A DNA stretch of 64,000 nucleotides from an uncultured Acidobacteriota bacterium. Lineage in GTDB: Bacteria; Acidobacteriota; Thermoanaerobaculia; Multivoradales; UBA5704. Below the pieces are notes generated by a model. That model had not been told where the DNA came from, made no database searches, and was given only the letters and a program-made list of their open reading frames with translations. Shown here piece by piece: positions 9,543 to 18,049 of this stretch (positions are counted from its first letter, which is position 1; every line of letters starts with the position of its first letter). The stretch is from contig CAVYRF010000002.1 of assembly GCA_963770895.1 (NCBI GenBank), forward strand, positions 3,232,001 to 3,296,000, given 5' to 3'. The position numbers and the translations under genes were made by a program.

Positions 9543-10202
9543 TCAGGTGGTATGCGGTAGCAGCCGTCCTTCCATGATGTCGCGCACGCCGTCGGCCAGC
9601 TCGCGAAACACCTTGTTGCGGCGCAGCTTGAGGCGCTGGTAGGAGCGCGCGATGTCGAGGATCATCAGCACCCGCATCGAGGCGCACGCCAGCTCGCCGG
9701 TGCGGTGGCTGCCGATGCGCTCAAATCCCAGCACGCGGGTGTGGAAGCCGAGCGGAGAATGGGGATCGTCGGCGAAGACCGAGGTGAGAAAGTGCGTATA
9801 GCCGCGCTCCACCACCTCGATGATGGCGGCGCGCATCAGCCGCAGCACGGCGCGAATGTTGCGCCGGTAGCGCGGCACGATCATGAAGCGGCCGATGTCG
9901 ACAAAGCGGCAGCGCCGCCGCAGCGCATCCAGGTCCACCCCGGCCTCCAGCGTGACGCCAAGCTCGGCCGGCAGCTCCAGCGGCGGGTCGTACATCAGCC
10001 GGATGACGCCGGCCGGCCGGCCGTTGACCGTCACCAGGAACCAGGAGCGGTCGGTCAAAGTGGCGGTGTCGGCCGGCACCTCGCTGGCGGCGTCGGCAAT
10101 CCATCGCTTTTCGCGCCGATACACCGCTTCGATCACCGACAGCGCCATGGCGCGGTCGGCGGCGGTGACCACCTTGTGAGCGTCGATCACGCTGCGGATC
10201 AT
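9543..10202 (-). CDS. GNAT-fold N-acyltransferase (FeeM/N-acyl amino acid synthase or OlsB-like)
   Basis: AGVIRLMYD, FVDIGRFMIVPRYRRN and FHTRVLGFERIG fit the acyl-ACP/CoA N-acyltransferase fold. ATGA-coupled to the upstream acyltransferase. Confidence 0.7.
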   Translation of the reverse strand: MIRSVIDAHKVVTAADRAMALSVIEAVYRREKRWIADAASEVPADTATLTDRSWFLVTVNGRPAGVIRLMYDPPLELPAELGVTLEAGVDLDALRRRCRFVDIGRFMIVPRYRRNIRAVLRLMRAAIIEVVERGYTHFLTSVFADDPHSPLGFHTRVLGFERIGSHRTGELACASMRVLMILDIARSYQRLKLRRNKVFRELADGVRDIMEGRLLPHTT

Positions 10203-11146
10203 GATGCCTCCAGACCGGTCGCCGGGGCGCGGCGTGCCGCGCGGCGGCGCTCGGGATAAGGGTCGCAGGCACGTCCCAGCTCGCCGGCCAGGGCGGCCAT
10301 CACCCGGTTGACCACTCGCCGCGCCAGCTCGCGCCGGGCCGCGGGCTCTTCCTGCAGCTGGCGGCGCTCGGCGTCACAATCCATCGGCGCGCCGATCGAC
10401 AGCACCAGCCGCCCCAGCCGCGGCGGCCGGCCCAGCCGCGCCTGCGCCGGATAGCGGATCGCCGCCGGCACCACCGGCACGCCCGCCGCAAGCGCCAGCT
10501 CGCCCAGCCCCAGCCGCCCGCGCAGCAGGCGGCCGCCGTCGGGATTGCGCGTCCCCTCGGGAAAGATCCCGATGCTTTCGCCGCGCCGCAGCCGCGCCAG
10601 GCACGCCTCCAGCACCGGCAGGCGCCGCTGCTCGAGCCGATGCCCCTCGCGCAACCGAAAGCGCGCCGGCTTGTTGTACACCGCGATCGGATCGCCGCGG
10701 CGCAGCAGCCAACCCAGCCCCGGCGCCTCCACATACATCCAGTCCGCCAGAAAGTGCAGCGGCCGCCCCTGGCGCAAGAAGATCAGCGCCGCCGGCACCA
10801 GCAGCGCTTCGAACGCCGTGCTGTGATTGAAAGCAAACAGCGCCGGCTCCGGCACCGCCGCCAGCCGCTCCGCATGCTCGATCTCCACCAGCTGCCCCAG
10901 CGTCAGCATCACCCCCCGGCAAGCCATCCGGCTCACCCGCCGGCGCATATAAGGAAGGCCAGCCGTCAGCGGCGCCAACCCCGCCCGCCAGCCAGGCGCC
11001 GAGGCTGCCTCAAGAGAGGCTGCCAGCGCTGGCCCGGCCTCTGGGGGCGCGGACGCGGCGGCAACGGGCGCCGCCGCGCCGGCGCGGCGGACGGGGGCGG
11101 ACGGATCGGCAGGGGTGGTTGCCTGCACCTGTGCAATCGCTTCCAT
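10199..11146 (-). CDS. PlsC/OlsA-like lysolipid O-acyltransferase
   Basis: FAFNHSTAFE (HX4E variant of HX4D), IGIFPEGTRN and GVPVVPAAI. Confidence 0.85.
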   Translation of the reverse strand: MEAIAQVQATTPADPSAPVRRAGAAAPVAAASAPPEAGPALAASLEAASAPGWRAGLAPLTAGLPYMRRRVSRMACRGVMLTLGQLVEIEHAERLAAVPEPALFAFNHSTAFEALLVPAALIFLRQGRPLHFLADWMYVEAPGLGWLLRRGDPIAVYNKPARFRLREGHRLEQRRLPVLEACLARLRRGESIGIFPEGTRNPDGGRLLRGRLGLGELALAAGVPVVPAAIRYPAQARLGRPPRLGRLVLSIGAPMDCDAERRQLQEEPAARRELARRVVNRVMAALAGELGRACDPYPERRRAARRAPATGLEAS

Positions 11147-11170
11147 CCCCTGTAGTTATCGCAAATCGCC

Positions 11171-11210
11171 GTGTTGACCGCGTTGCGCCGCGGTGCCGCC
11201 ACGGTGACAG
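11171..11210 (-). promoter_or_regulatory. Pho-box-like array upstream of the acyltransferase pair
   Basis: The minus strand reads CTGTCAC-cgtggc-GGCAC-cgcggc-GCAAC at an 11-bp period, followed by a GATAAC -10-like hexamer near 11160. Confidence 0.55.
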
Positions 11211-11219
11211 GCGACGCGC

Positions 11220-12482
11220 TCAGGCGGGTGGTGCGGGGGGCGGCGGGACGACGGCGGGAGGGCGCGGGCCGATGTAGGCGGACTGCGGGCGGATCAGGCG
11301 GCGCGAGCGCTGCTGTTCGTGGATGTGGGCGCACCAGCCGGCGACGCGGCCGATGGCGAAGATCGAGGTGAACAGGGTGCGGTCGATGCCCAGGGCGTCC
11401 AGCAGCACGGCGGTGGCGAACTCGACGTTGGTATCCAGGCGGCGGTCGGGGTGGCGCTCGGCCAGCACGGCGAGCGCGTCCCGCTCCACCTGCTCGGCCA
11501 GGGCCAGGCGGTCGCCGGCGGCGGCGCCACCGGCCGCGCGCAGGCGCTCGACCTGCGCCTTGAGCACATCGGCGCGCGGGTCGCGCACCCGATAGATGCG
11601 GTGACCGAAGCCCATCAGGCGGCGGCCGGCGGCGATTTCGGCACGCAACCAGGCGCGGCGGTCGGGGTGGCTCGCCAGCGCATCCAGCATGTCCAGCACC
11701 GGGCCGGGAGCGCCGCCGTGCAGCGGCCCTTCGAGCGCCGCCAGGGCCGCCACGACCGACGGCAGGACCCCCGCGGCGGTCGATGCCACCACCCGCGCCG
11801 TGAACGTCGAGGCGTTCATGCCGTGCTCGGCGACCGTCACCAGGTAGGCGTCCAGCGCCGCCGCCTCACCCGCCGACGCGGGCTGGCCGCGCAGCATCGC
11901 CAGGAAGTCCGCCGCCTGCCCCAGCCGCGGATCGGGCGCCACCGGCGGCAGTCCCCGCCGCGCCCGGTCGAACGCCGCCACCAGCACCGGCATCGCCGCC
12001 GTCGCCAGGATGGCATCCCCGTCCCCATCCCCATTCGCTCCCGTACCCGTCGCCCTCACTTCCGCCCCGGACACAACCCCCGCTCCAGCTCCCGTGCCCG
12101 TCGCCACTTCCGCTCCCGGCACACCCCCCGCCGCGCCGGGCGGCAGGCTGGCAATCCCCAGCCGCAGCGCCGCCATCGGCGGCAGCGCCGCGGCGATTGC
12201 CGCCAGCTCCATCTTGCGGTTGCCGCCGGTGAGCGTCTCGAAGACCGCGACGCGGGCGCGGCCGAGGGCGGCGGTGAGGATGGATGGCTCGCCCGCCGGG
12301 GCGGCGGTGGGCAGCGGCACCAGCCCTTCCCACAGCAGGCGGATCATGTCTTCGAACGACACGTGGCCGGCCAGGTCATCGATCGAATGCCCGCGCACGA
12401 TGAGCCTGCCGGCCTCTCCCTCGACGGCGGACAGGGTGGTTTCTGCGACGACGATGCCTTCAAGTCCTGCGATAGCGGTCAT
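11220..12482 (-). CDS. Citrate synthase / methylcitrate synthase family enzyme
   Basis: GLEGIVVAET, AEHGMNAST, GPLHGGA, GFGHRIYRVRDPRA, TNVEF and LIRP. Confidence 0.93.
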   Translation of the reverse strand: MTAIAGLEGIVVAETTLSAVEGEAGRLIVRGHSIDDLAGHVSFEDMIRLLWEGLVPLPTAAPAGEPSILTAALGRARVAVFETLTGGNRKMELAAIAAALPPMAALRLGIASLPPGAAGGVPGAEVATGTGAGAGVVSGAEVRATGTGANGDGDGDAILATAAMPVLVAAFDRARRGLPPVAPDPRLGQAADFLAMLRGQPASAGEAAALDAYLVTVAEHGMNASTFTARVVASTAAGVLPSVVAALAALEGPLHGGAPGPVLDMLDALASHPDRRAWLRAEIAAGRRLMGFGHRIYRVRDPRADVLKAQVERLRAAGGAAAGDRLALAEQVERDALAVLAERHPDRRLDTNVEFATAVLLDALGIDRTLFTSIFAIGRVAGWCAHIHEQQRSRRLIRPQSAYIGPRPPAVVPPPPAPPA

Positions 12483-12633
12483 TGGAGCTCCTTGGATGGC
12501 AGGCGGCGCCTTGGGCTGCGGCAGCCATCTCGATGACGGGCGCCCCCGCCCCGGTCGCCGGCCAGGTTGGCCGATCGCCGGAGCCGGGCGGTGTGCCTGC
12601 AAGCAGTGTTGATCCGGCCGGCAATCTCTGTCA

Positions 12634-12655
12634 ATATTGATTCACCAATCAATAT
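12634..12655. promoter_or_regulatory. Palindromic operator between the divergent citrate-synthase-family genes
   Basis: ATATTGATT-CACC-AATCAATAT is a perfect 9-4-9 inverted repeat abutting the ATG at 12654, strongly AT-rich against a GC-rich background. Confidence 0.7.
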
Positions 12656-14009
12656 GAGCGAGCGCCACTTTCTCACCGCCGCCGAAGCCGCCGCCGCTCT
12701 GGGTGTGCGGCGGGCGACGCTCTATGCCTATGTCAGCCGCGGCCTGTTGCGCAGCGAAGACGATCCCTCCGGCCGCGGCCGCCGCTACGCGGTGGCCCAG
12801 GTGGAGGCGCTCAAGCAGCGCGCCGCCGGCCGCCGCGATCCGCCCGGCCTGGTGCGCGACGCGCTGGACTGGGGCGTGCCGGTGCTCGATTCGTCGCTCA
12901 CCCTGATCGCCGGCGGGCGCCTCTGCTACCGCGGCCTGGACGCCGTGGACCTGGCGCGCCGCGGCGAAACCTTGGAGTGCGTCGCTGCTCTGCTGTGGCT
13001 CGGCAGCCTGGATGCGCCGCTGCCCGGCGGGGCTCCGCGGCCGGCCCCTGTCTGGCCGCGACACCCGCTGGCGCTGCTCACCGAAGGTGAGATCGCCACC
13101 GGCCGATCGTGGCGTCCCATGCAGCGCCTGCTGGCATGGCTGCCGCTGGCGTCGGCGGATGACCCGGTGGCCTACGACCTGCGGCCCGCCTCGGTCGTCG
13201 CCGCCGGCGCGCGCCTCCTGCCGCTGCTCGCCACCTGTGCCGCCGGCACCGGTCCGCCGTCGGCATCAGGCGCCAGCACCACCGCGCCGGTGGCCGCGAT
13301 CCTGGCCCGGGGCTGGGCCAAACCGGGTTCCGGAGCGGGTAGCGCTGGTAGAGTTGGGGGCGACAGCGCAGGCAGCGGCAGTGCCGGCGGCGAGGGCATC
13401 GCCGCGATGACGCAGTTGATCGACGCGGCGCTGGTGCTGTCGGCGGACCATGAGCTGAACGTGTCGGCGTTTACGGCCCGTTGCGTGGCGTCGGCGCGGG
13501 CGCCGCTGGCGGCGGTGGTGCAGGCGGGGCTGGCGGCGTTGAGCGGCGCGCGGCACGGTGCGTATGCCGACCGGGTGGAGGCGCTGTTCGACGAGATCGC
13601 GCCGGCGCCTGGCAGTCCGGTGCGGGCGGACGCCGTGCGGGCTCGCTTGGCGGACCGTCTGCGGCGCGGCGAAGACGTCCCCGGCTTCGGCCATCCTTTG
13701 TACCCCGACGGCGATCCGCGTGGGCGGCTGCTGGTCGACCTGGCGGCGGCGCGGCGGCCCGGCGCTGCGGCGGTGGAGCAGGCGCTGGCGATGGCGGACG
13801 CCGCCCGCGATCTGCTGGGCGACCGCCCGACCCTGGATTTCGGCCTGGTGACGCTGGCGCGCGCCCTGGACCTGCCCGCCGGCGCCGCGGTCGCGCTGTT
13901 CGCGGTCGGCCGCGCCGCCGGCTGGATCGCCCACGCTCTCGAACAGTATGCCGATCCGCGCCTCATCCGCCCGCGCGCCCGCTACGTCGGCCCCGACCCG
14001 CCGGCCTGA
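12654..14009 (+). CDS. Excisionase/MerR-like HTH fused to a citrate-synthase-like domain (probable regulator)
   Basis: N-terminus LTAAEAAAALGVRRATLYAYVSRGLL; C-terminus ADHELNVS, GARHG, PGFGHPLYPDGDPRG and LIRPRARYVG. Confidence 0.88.
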   Translation: MSERHFLTAAEAAAALGVRRATLYAYVSRGLLRSEDDPSGRGRRYAVAQVEALKQRAAGRRDPPGLVRDALDWGVPVLDSSLTLIAGGRLCYRGLDAVDLARRGETLECVAALLWLGSLDAPLPGGAPRPAPVWPRHPLALLTEGEIATGRSWRPMQRLLAWLPLASADDPVAYDLRPASVVAAGARLLPLLATCAAGTGPPSASGASTTAPVAAILARGWAKPGSGAGSAGRVGGDSAGSGSAGGEGIAAMTQLIDAALVLSADHELNVSAFTARCVASARAPLAAVVQAGLAALSGARHGAYADRVEALFDEIAPAPGSPVRADAVRARLADRLRRGEDVPGFGHPLYPDGDPRGRLLVDLAAARRPGAAAVEQALAMADAARDLLGDRPTLDFGLVTLARALDLPAGAAVALFAVGRAAGWIAHALEQYADPRLIRPRARYVGPDPPA

Positions 14010-14011
14010 GG

Positions 14012-15421
14012 CTATGCGGTGGCGGCGGGGAGGTGGGGGGCTTCGCCGGCGGCGGCTGGCGTGGCGGCGGCCAGGGGGAGGTGGACGCGGAAGGTGCTGC
14101 CGCGGCCCATGCGGCTTTCGACTTCGACGTGGCCGCCGTGGGATTGGGCGAGGTGCTTGACGATGGCCAGGCCCAGGCCGGTGCCACCTTCTTCGCGGGC
14201 GCGGCCCTTGTCGACGCGGTAGAAGCGCTCGAAGATGCGCGCCAGGGAGTCCTGCGGGATGCCGATGCCGGTATCGGCGACTTCGATCAGGGCTTCCGTT
14301 TCGCCGCGCGTCAGGCGCAGGACGACCTCACCGCCGGGGCGGTTGTATTTGATGGCGTTGTCCAGGAGGTTGACCAGCAGGCGCTCCAGGCCGTCGGCGT
14401 CGCCCGGCAGGCGCGGCGCGCCCTGGTCGCGCACCTCGACGCGGATGCCGCGCTCGCGCGCGGCGGCGGCCAGCACTTCGGTGGCGCGCTGGGCCAGGGC
14501 GGCCAGGTCGACCGGCTCGCGCTCGCGCGGCTGGCCGATGCCTTCGAGGCGCGACAGGGTGAGCAGATCGTCGAGCAGCGCCTGCAGGCGCCGGGTCTGC
14601 CAGATCAGGCGTTCGGTGAAGCGGCGGGCGGTCTCCTCTTCCTGGAGGGCGCCGTCGCGCAGGGTTTCGGCGTAACCGCGGATCGCCGCCAGCGGCGTCT
14701 TGAGCTCGTGCGAGACGTTGGCGACGAAGTCGCGGCGCATGTCGGCGACGCGGGTCAGCTCGGTGGTGTCGCGCACCACCACGACGGCGCCGCGCTGGCC
14801 GGCATCGAGGGCGGCGGAGGCGAGCAGCAGGGTGCGGCGCTCCGGCACCTGCAGCTCGATCTGGCCGCTCTGCGGCTCGCCCTTGCGCAGGGTGTCGTCC
14901 ACCAGGCGCGCCAGCTCGGGATGGCGGTAGATCTCCAGCAGCGGCCGGCCGGTGACGTCGCCGGTCAGGTCGAACAGGCGCAGCAGGGCGGCGTTGGCCG
15001 ACGAGGCGCGGCCGTCCTGGGCGATGACCAGCACGCCCTCGGACATGCTGGCCAGGATCGATTGCAGGTGGTCGCGCTCGCCGCGGATCGCGGCGAACTG
15101 CTGCTCGGCGGTTTCGGCCAGGCGATTGAGTGCGCGCGCCACCACCGCCAGCTCGGGCAGCCGCGGCTCCTCGACCCGGCTGGCCGCGCCGCGCGAGATC
15201 GCGCGGGCGCCCAGGGCGAGGTGGGCCAGCGGCCGCAGCAGGCCGCGGTCGATCCACAGCGCGCAGAGCAGGCCGGTGACGGTGGCGACGGCCAGGACGA
15301 TGCCGATCACCCAACCCTGCCGCAGGTGCAGCAGCAGGCCGACCCCGCCGGCCAGCGCCGCCGCCAGAGCTGGCCAGAAGGGGGCCAGGCGCAGCTTCGG
15401 CGGCAGGCCGACGGGACTCAA
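14012..15421 (-). CDS. phoR: Phosphate regulon sensor kinase PhoR (HAMP-PAS-HisKA-HATPase)
   Basis: MRRDFVANVSHELKTPL and RIFERFYRVDKGRAREEGGTGLGLAIVKH; directly follows phoB. Confidence 0.92.
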   Translation of the reverse strand: MSPVGLPPKLRLAPFWPALAAALAGGVGLLLHLRQGWVIGIVLAVATVTGLLCALWIDRGLLRPLAHLALGARAISRGAASRVEEPRLPELAVVARALNRLAETAEQQFAAIRGERDHLQSILASMSEGVLVIAQDGRASSANAALLRLFDLTGDVTGRPLLEIYRHPELARLVDDTLRKGEPQSGQIELQVPERRTLLLASAALDAGQRGAVVVVRDTTELTRVADMRRDFVANVSHELKTPLAAIRGYAETLRDGALQEEETARRFTERLIWQTRRLQALLDDLLTLSRLEGIGQPREREPVDLAALAQRATEVLAAAARERGIRVEVRDQGAPRLPGDADGLERLLVNLLDNAIKYNRPGGEVVLRLTRGETEALIEVADTGIGIPQDSLARIFERFYRVDKGRAREEGGTGLGLAIVKHLAQSHGGHVEVESRMGRGSTFRVHLPLAAATPAAAGEAPHLPAATA

Positions 15422-15423
15422 GA

Positions 15424-16107
15424 TTAGGGTCTCAGGCGGTAGCCGACCCCGATCACGGTCTCGATTCGCTCCGCTTCGGGTCCGAGCTTGCGGCGCAGGC
15501 GCCGGATGTGGGTGTCGACGGTGCGGCTGTCGATGTCTTCGGCGTAACCCCAGACGTCGGACAGCAGCTGGCCGCGCGTCTGCACCCGGCTGTTGCGCTC
15601 GAGCAGCAGGCGCAGCAGGCGGAATTCGGTGGCGGTCAGGGGCACTTCCTTGCCGCGCACCCGCAGCTGGTGGCCGGAGATGTCGAGCTCGATGCCGCCC
15701 ACCTCCAGCATCTCGGCGGTGCTCTCCTCCTGCTGGAAGCGGCGCAGCACCGCCTTGACCCGCAGCACCACTTCCCGCGGGCTGAAGGGCTTGCTGATGT
15801 AGTCGTCGGCGCCCAGCTCCAGGCCGACGATGCGGTCGACCTCTTCGCCGCGGGCGGTGAGCATGACGATCGGCAGGCGCGCGGTCTGCGGGTCGCGCTT
15901 GAGCAGCCGCGTCAGCTCCAGGCCGTCGATGCCGGGCAGCATCAGGTCCAGGACGACCAGGTCGGGACCGTCGCGCCGGATCGCTTCCAACCCGGTGTCG
16001 CCGCGGCGCGCGGTGTCGACGTCGAACCCTTCCTTTTCGAGGTTGTACTGCAAAACCTCTGCAATATCCGGCTCATCTTCGATGACCAGGATCTTCTCTC
16101 GTGGCAT
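15424..16107 (-). CDS. phoB: Phosphate regulon response regulator PhoB/PhoP (OmpR family)
   Basis: KILVIEDEPDIAEVLQYNLEKEG, LDLMLPGIDG, RTVDTHIRRLRRKLG and IETVIGVGYR; phoR, phoU, ppx and ppk1 context. Confidence 0.92.
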   Translation of the reverse strand: MPREKILVIEDEPDIAEVLQYNLEKEGFDVDTARRGDTGLEAIRRDGPDLVVLDLMLPGIDGLELTRLLKRDPQTARLPIVMLTARGEEVDRIVGLELGADDYISKPFSPREVVLRVKAVLRRFQQEESTAEMLEVGGIELDISGHQLRVRGKEVPLTATEFRLLRLLLERNSRVQTRGQLLSDVWGYAEDIDSRTVDTHIRRLRRKLGPEAERIETVIGVGYRLRP

Positions 16108-16126
16108 GCGCGGCAGAGTAACATGC

Positions 16127-16356
16127 GGTTCCACAGCGGCAGTGGAAAACCCTGTGGAAAAGCGCCCTGGAACCCCCCCTGGCGGCCCACCGGAAGCTGC
16201 TTTCCCCTCTTTGAACAGGAAATTGTGCAATCGCCGCAAGTTGCTGACAGGAAAGGAGTTGTAATTCCGCGTCAGGCGCCGATCGGGGCTCCGGGCGGTA
16301 CGGCGGCGGAATTTCCACAGGGCAGGCGGTTACTTCCTTGCAAGGGTTGTGTTAAC
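16127..16356. other. Cluster of DnaA-box-like 9-mers in an AT-enriched intergenic region
   Basis: TTTTCCACA (minus strand 16153-16161, full match to TTWTNCACA), TTTTCCACT (minus 16141-16149), GGTTCCACA (16127-16135) and ATTTCCACA (16311-16319). Confidence 0.45.
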
Positions 16357-16408
16357 TCCTTGTGACGGAGCAGCTTAGGCCCTCAGGGCCGGCTCCGGGG
16401 CGGGTGCC

Positions 16409-18049
16409 TCAGGCGGTTTCCAGCCCCTGGCGCAGGCTCAGGCGGGAGCGGAAGACCTGCTTCCAGAGCCGCCGATGCTCGCGCGCCGCTTCCAGCTCGA
16501 TCTCCACTTCGTAGGGCGAGACGACCTCGATGCGGACGCGCTCGTCGCGCATGGCGCAGTAGATCTCCTGCACCCGCGAGGCGTGGGTGCGATCGAGCGC
16601 GTCGGCGACGCGCAGCAGCACGGCCAGGCGGCGGACCGTCTTTTGCTGCCACGGCTTGAGCGCGGCAAAGGCGGGGTGCTTGAGCTTGGGGGCGCCGCCC
16701 CGGTGGTAGCGGGCGACGTGGGCGATGATTTCGATCTCGGACTGGTCGAAGCCGTCCAGGCTGGCGTTCGAGATCAGGTAGAAGGCGTGCTTGTGATGGT
16801 TGCGGTAGTGGATGGAGTAGCCGACGTCGTGCAGCAGCGCCGCGTACTCCAGCCATTCGCGTTCGCGGGCGGCAAAGCTGTGGAGCGACGCCGTCAGGTC
16901 GAACAGCCGCGCCGCCAGCCGCGCGGTCTGCAGGTTGTGGCGCAGCACGCTGGGCCCCTGTTCGGCCAGCTGCAGCACCTGCCGCCGGCGCAGGTCGCCC
17001 GGCGAGTGGACGGGCGGGATGGGCTGGCCGAGCGCCGCCAGCACCAACCCCTCGCGCAGCGCGCGGTCGGAGACGTGGAAGCGGTCGACGCCGGCGTGGC
17101 TGACCAGCTCGTGCAGCAGCACGGCGCCGGCCATCAGGCTGTCGGAACGCGGCCCGCCCACCGGCGGCAGCGCCGCCAGCTCCCGCCGCCGCAGGCCGCG
17201 CAGGCGCGAGGTGAGCTGCGCCAGGTCCTTGGTGCGCACCTCGCGCAGCCCGACCCCCGGCTCCTTGCGGCCGCCGAACAGGTCCACCAGGTCGGCGCAG
17301 CAGGCCGCCGTGCCCGACGTGGCGATGAGCCGCGCCGGCGGCGCCGCCGCCGGGTCGCGCGGCAGCAGCTCGGCAAGGCGGCCGCGGATGGTCGCGCGCA
17401 GCTCGCCCAGCGCCGCCGCCGACGGCGGGTCGCCCTTCAGCCAGCCGGCGCAGCGCAGCGAACCGAGCTGCAGGCTGACCACGGCGGCCAGCTCGCCGCC
17501 CTGGGCGTCGATCCATTCGGTGCTGCCGCCGCCGACGTCGACGATGACGGCGCCGCCGGGGCCCAGGTCGACCACCTCGCGCACCGCGCGGTAGATCAGC
17601 TGCCCTTCGTGCTCGCCGGTCAGCAGCTGCACGTCCAGGCCGGTGTGGGCCTTGACCTGGTCCAGGAAGTCGCGGCCGTTGGCGGCTTCGCGCACCGCGC
17701 TGGTCGCCACCGCCACCACCCGGTCGGCGCCCTTGAGGGTGGCCAGGGTGGTCATCCGCATGAGCGCCTCCAGGCCGTCCTTGATCGCCGCCTTGGACAG
17801 CCTGCCGTCGCCCAGGCCGGTCTTGCCCAGGCGCACCATCTCGCGCTCGCGGCCCAGAACGCGGTAGGCGCCGCTCGGCTGCGGCGCCACCACGATCATG
17901 TGAATCGAGTTCGAACCGATGTCGATCGCCGCCAGCCGTCCGAACGGCTCGTCGCGGTGCGCCGCCAGATCCGGCAGGCGCAGCTGCAACGCCTCGCCGA
18001 TCGCGCCGGCGGCGAGCGCGCCGGTTGCGGCGGCGAGGGGTTGAATCAC
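16409..18049 (-). CDS. ppx: Exopolyphosphatase / pppGpp phosphohydrolase (Ppx/GppA with HD domain)
   Basis: AAIDIGSNSIH, VATSAVREAANG, DVGGGSTE, ALREG and ALLHDVG. The GTG start overlaps the upstream stop; 18067 is an alternative start. Confidence 0.95.
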   Translation of the reverse strand: MIQPLAAATGALAAGAIGEALQLRLPDLAAHRDEPFGRLAAIDIGSNSIHMIVVAPQPSGAYRVLGREREMVRLGKTGLGDGRLSKAAIKDGLEALMRMTTLATLKGADRVVAVATSAVREAANGRDFLDQVKAHTGLDVQLLTGEHEGQLIYRAVREVVDLGPGGAVIVDVGGGSTEWIDAQGGELAAVVSLQLGSLRCAGWLKGDPPSAAALGELRATIRGRLAELLPRDPAAAPPARLIATSGTAACCADLVDLFGGRKEPGVGLREVRTKDLAQLTSRLRGLRRRELAALPPVGGPRSDSLMAGAVLLHELVSHAGVDRFHVSDRALREGLVLAALGQPIPPVHSPGDLRRRQVLQLAEQGPSVLRHNLQTARLAARLFDLTASLHSFAAREREWLEYAALLHDVGYSIHYRNHHKHAFYLISNASLDGFDQSEIEIIAHVARYHRGGAPKLKHPAFAALKPWQQKTVRRLAVLLRVADALDRTHASRVQEIYCAMRDERVRIEVVSPYEVEIELEAAREHRRLWKQVFRSRLSLRQGLETA

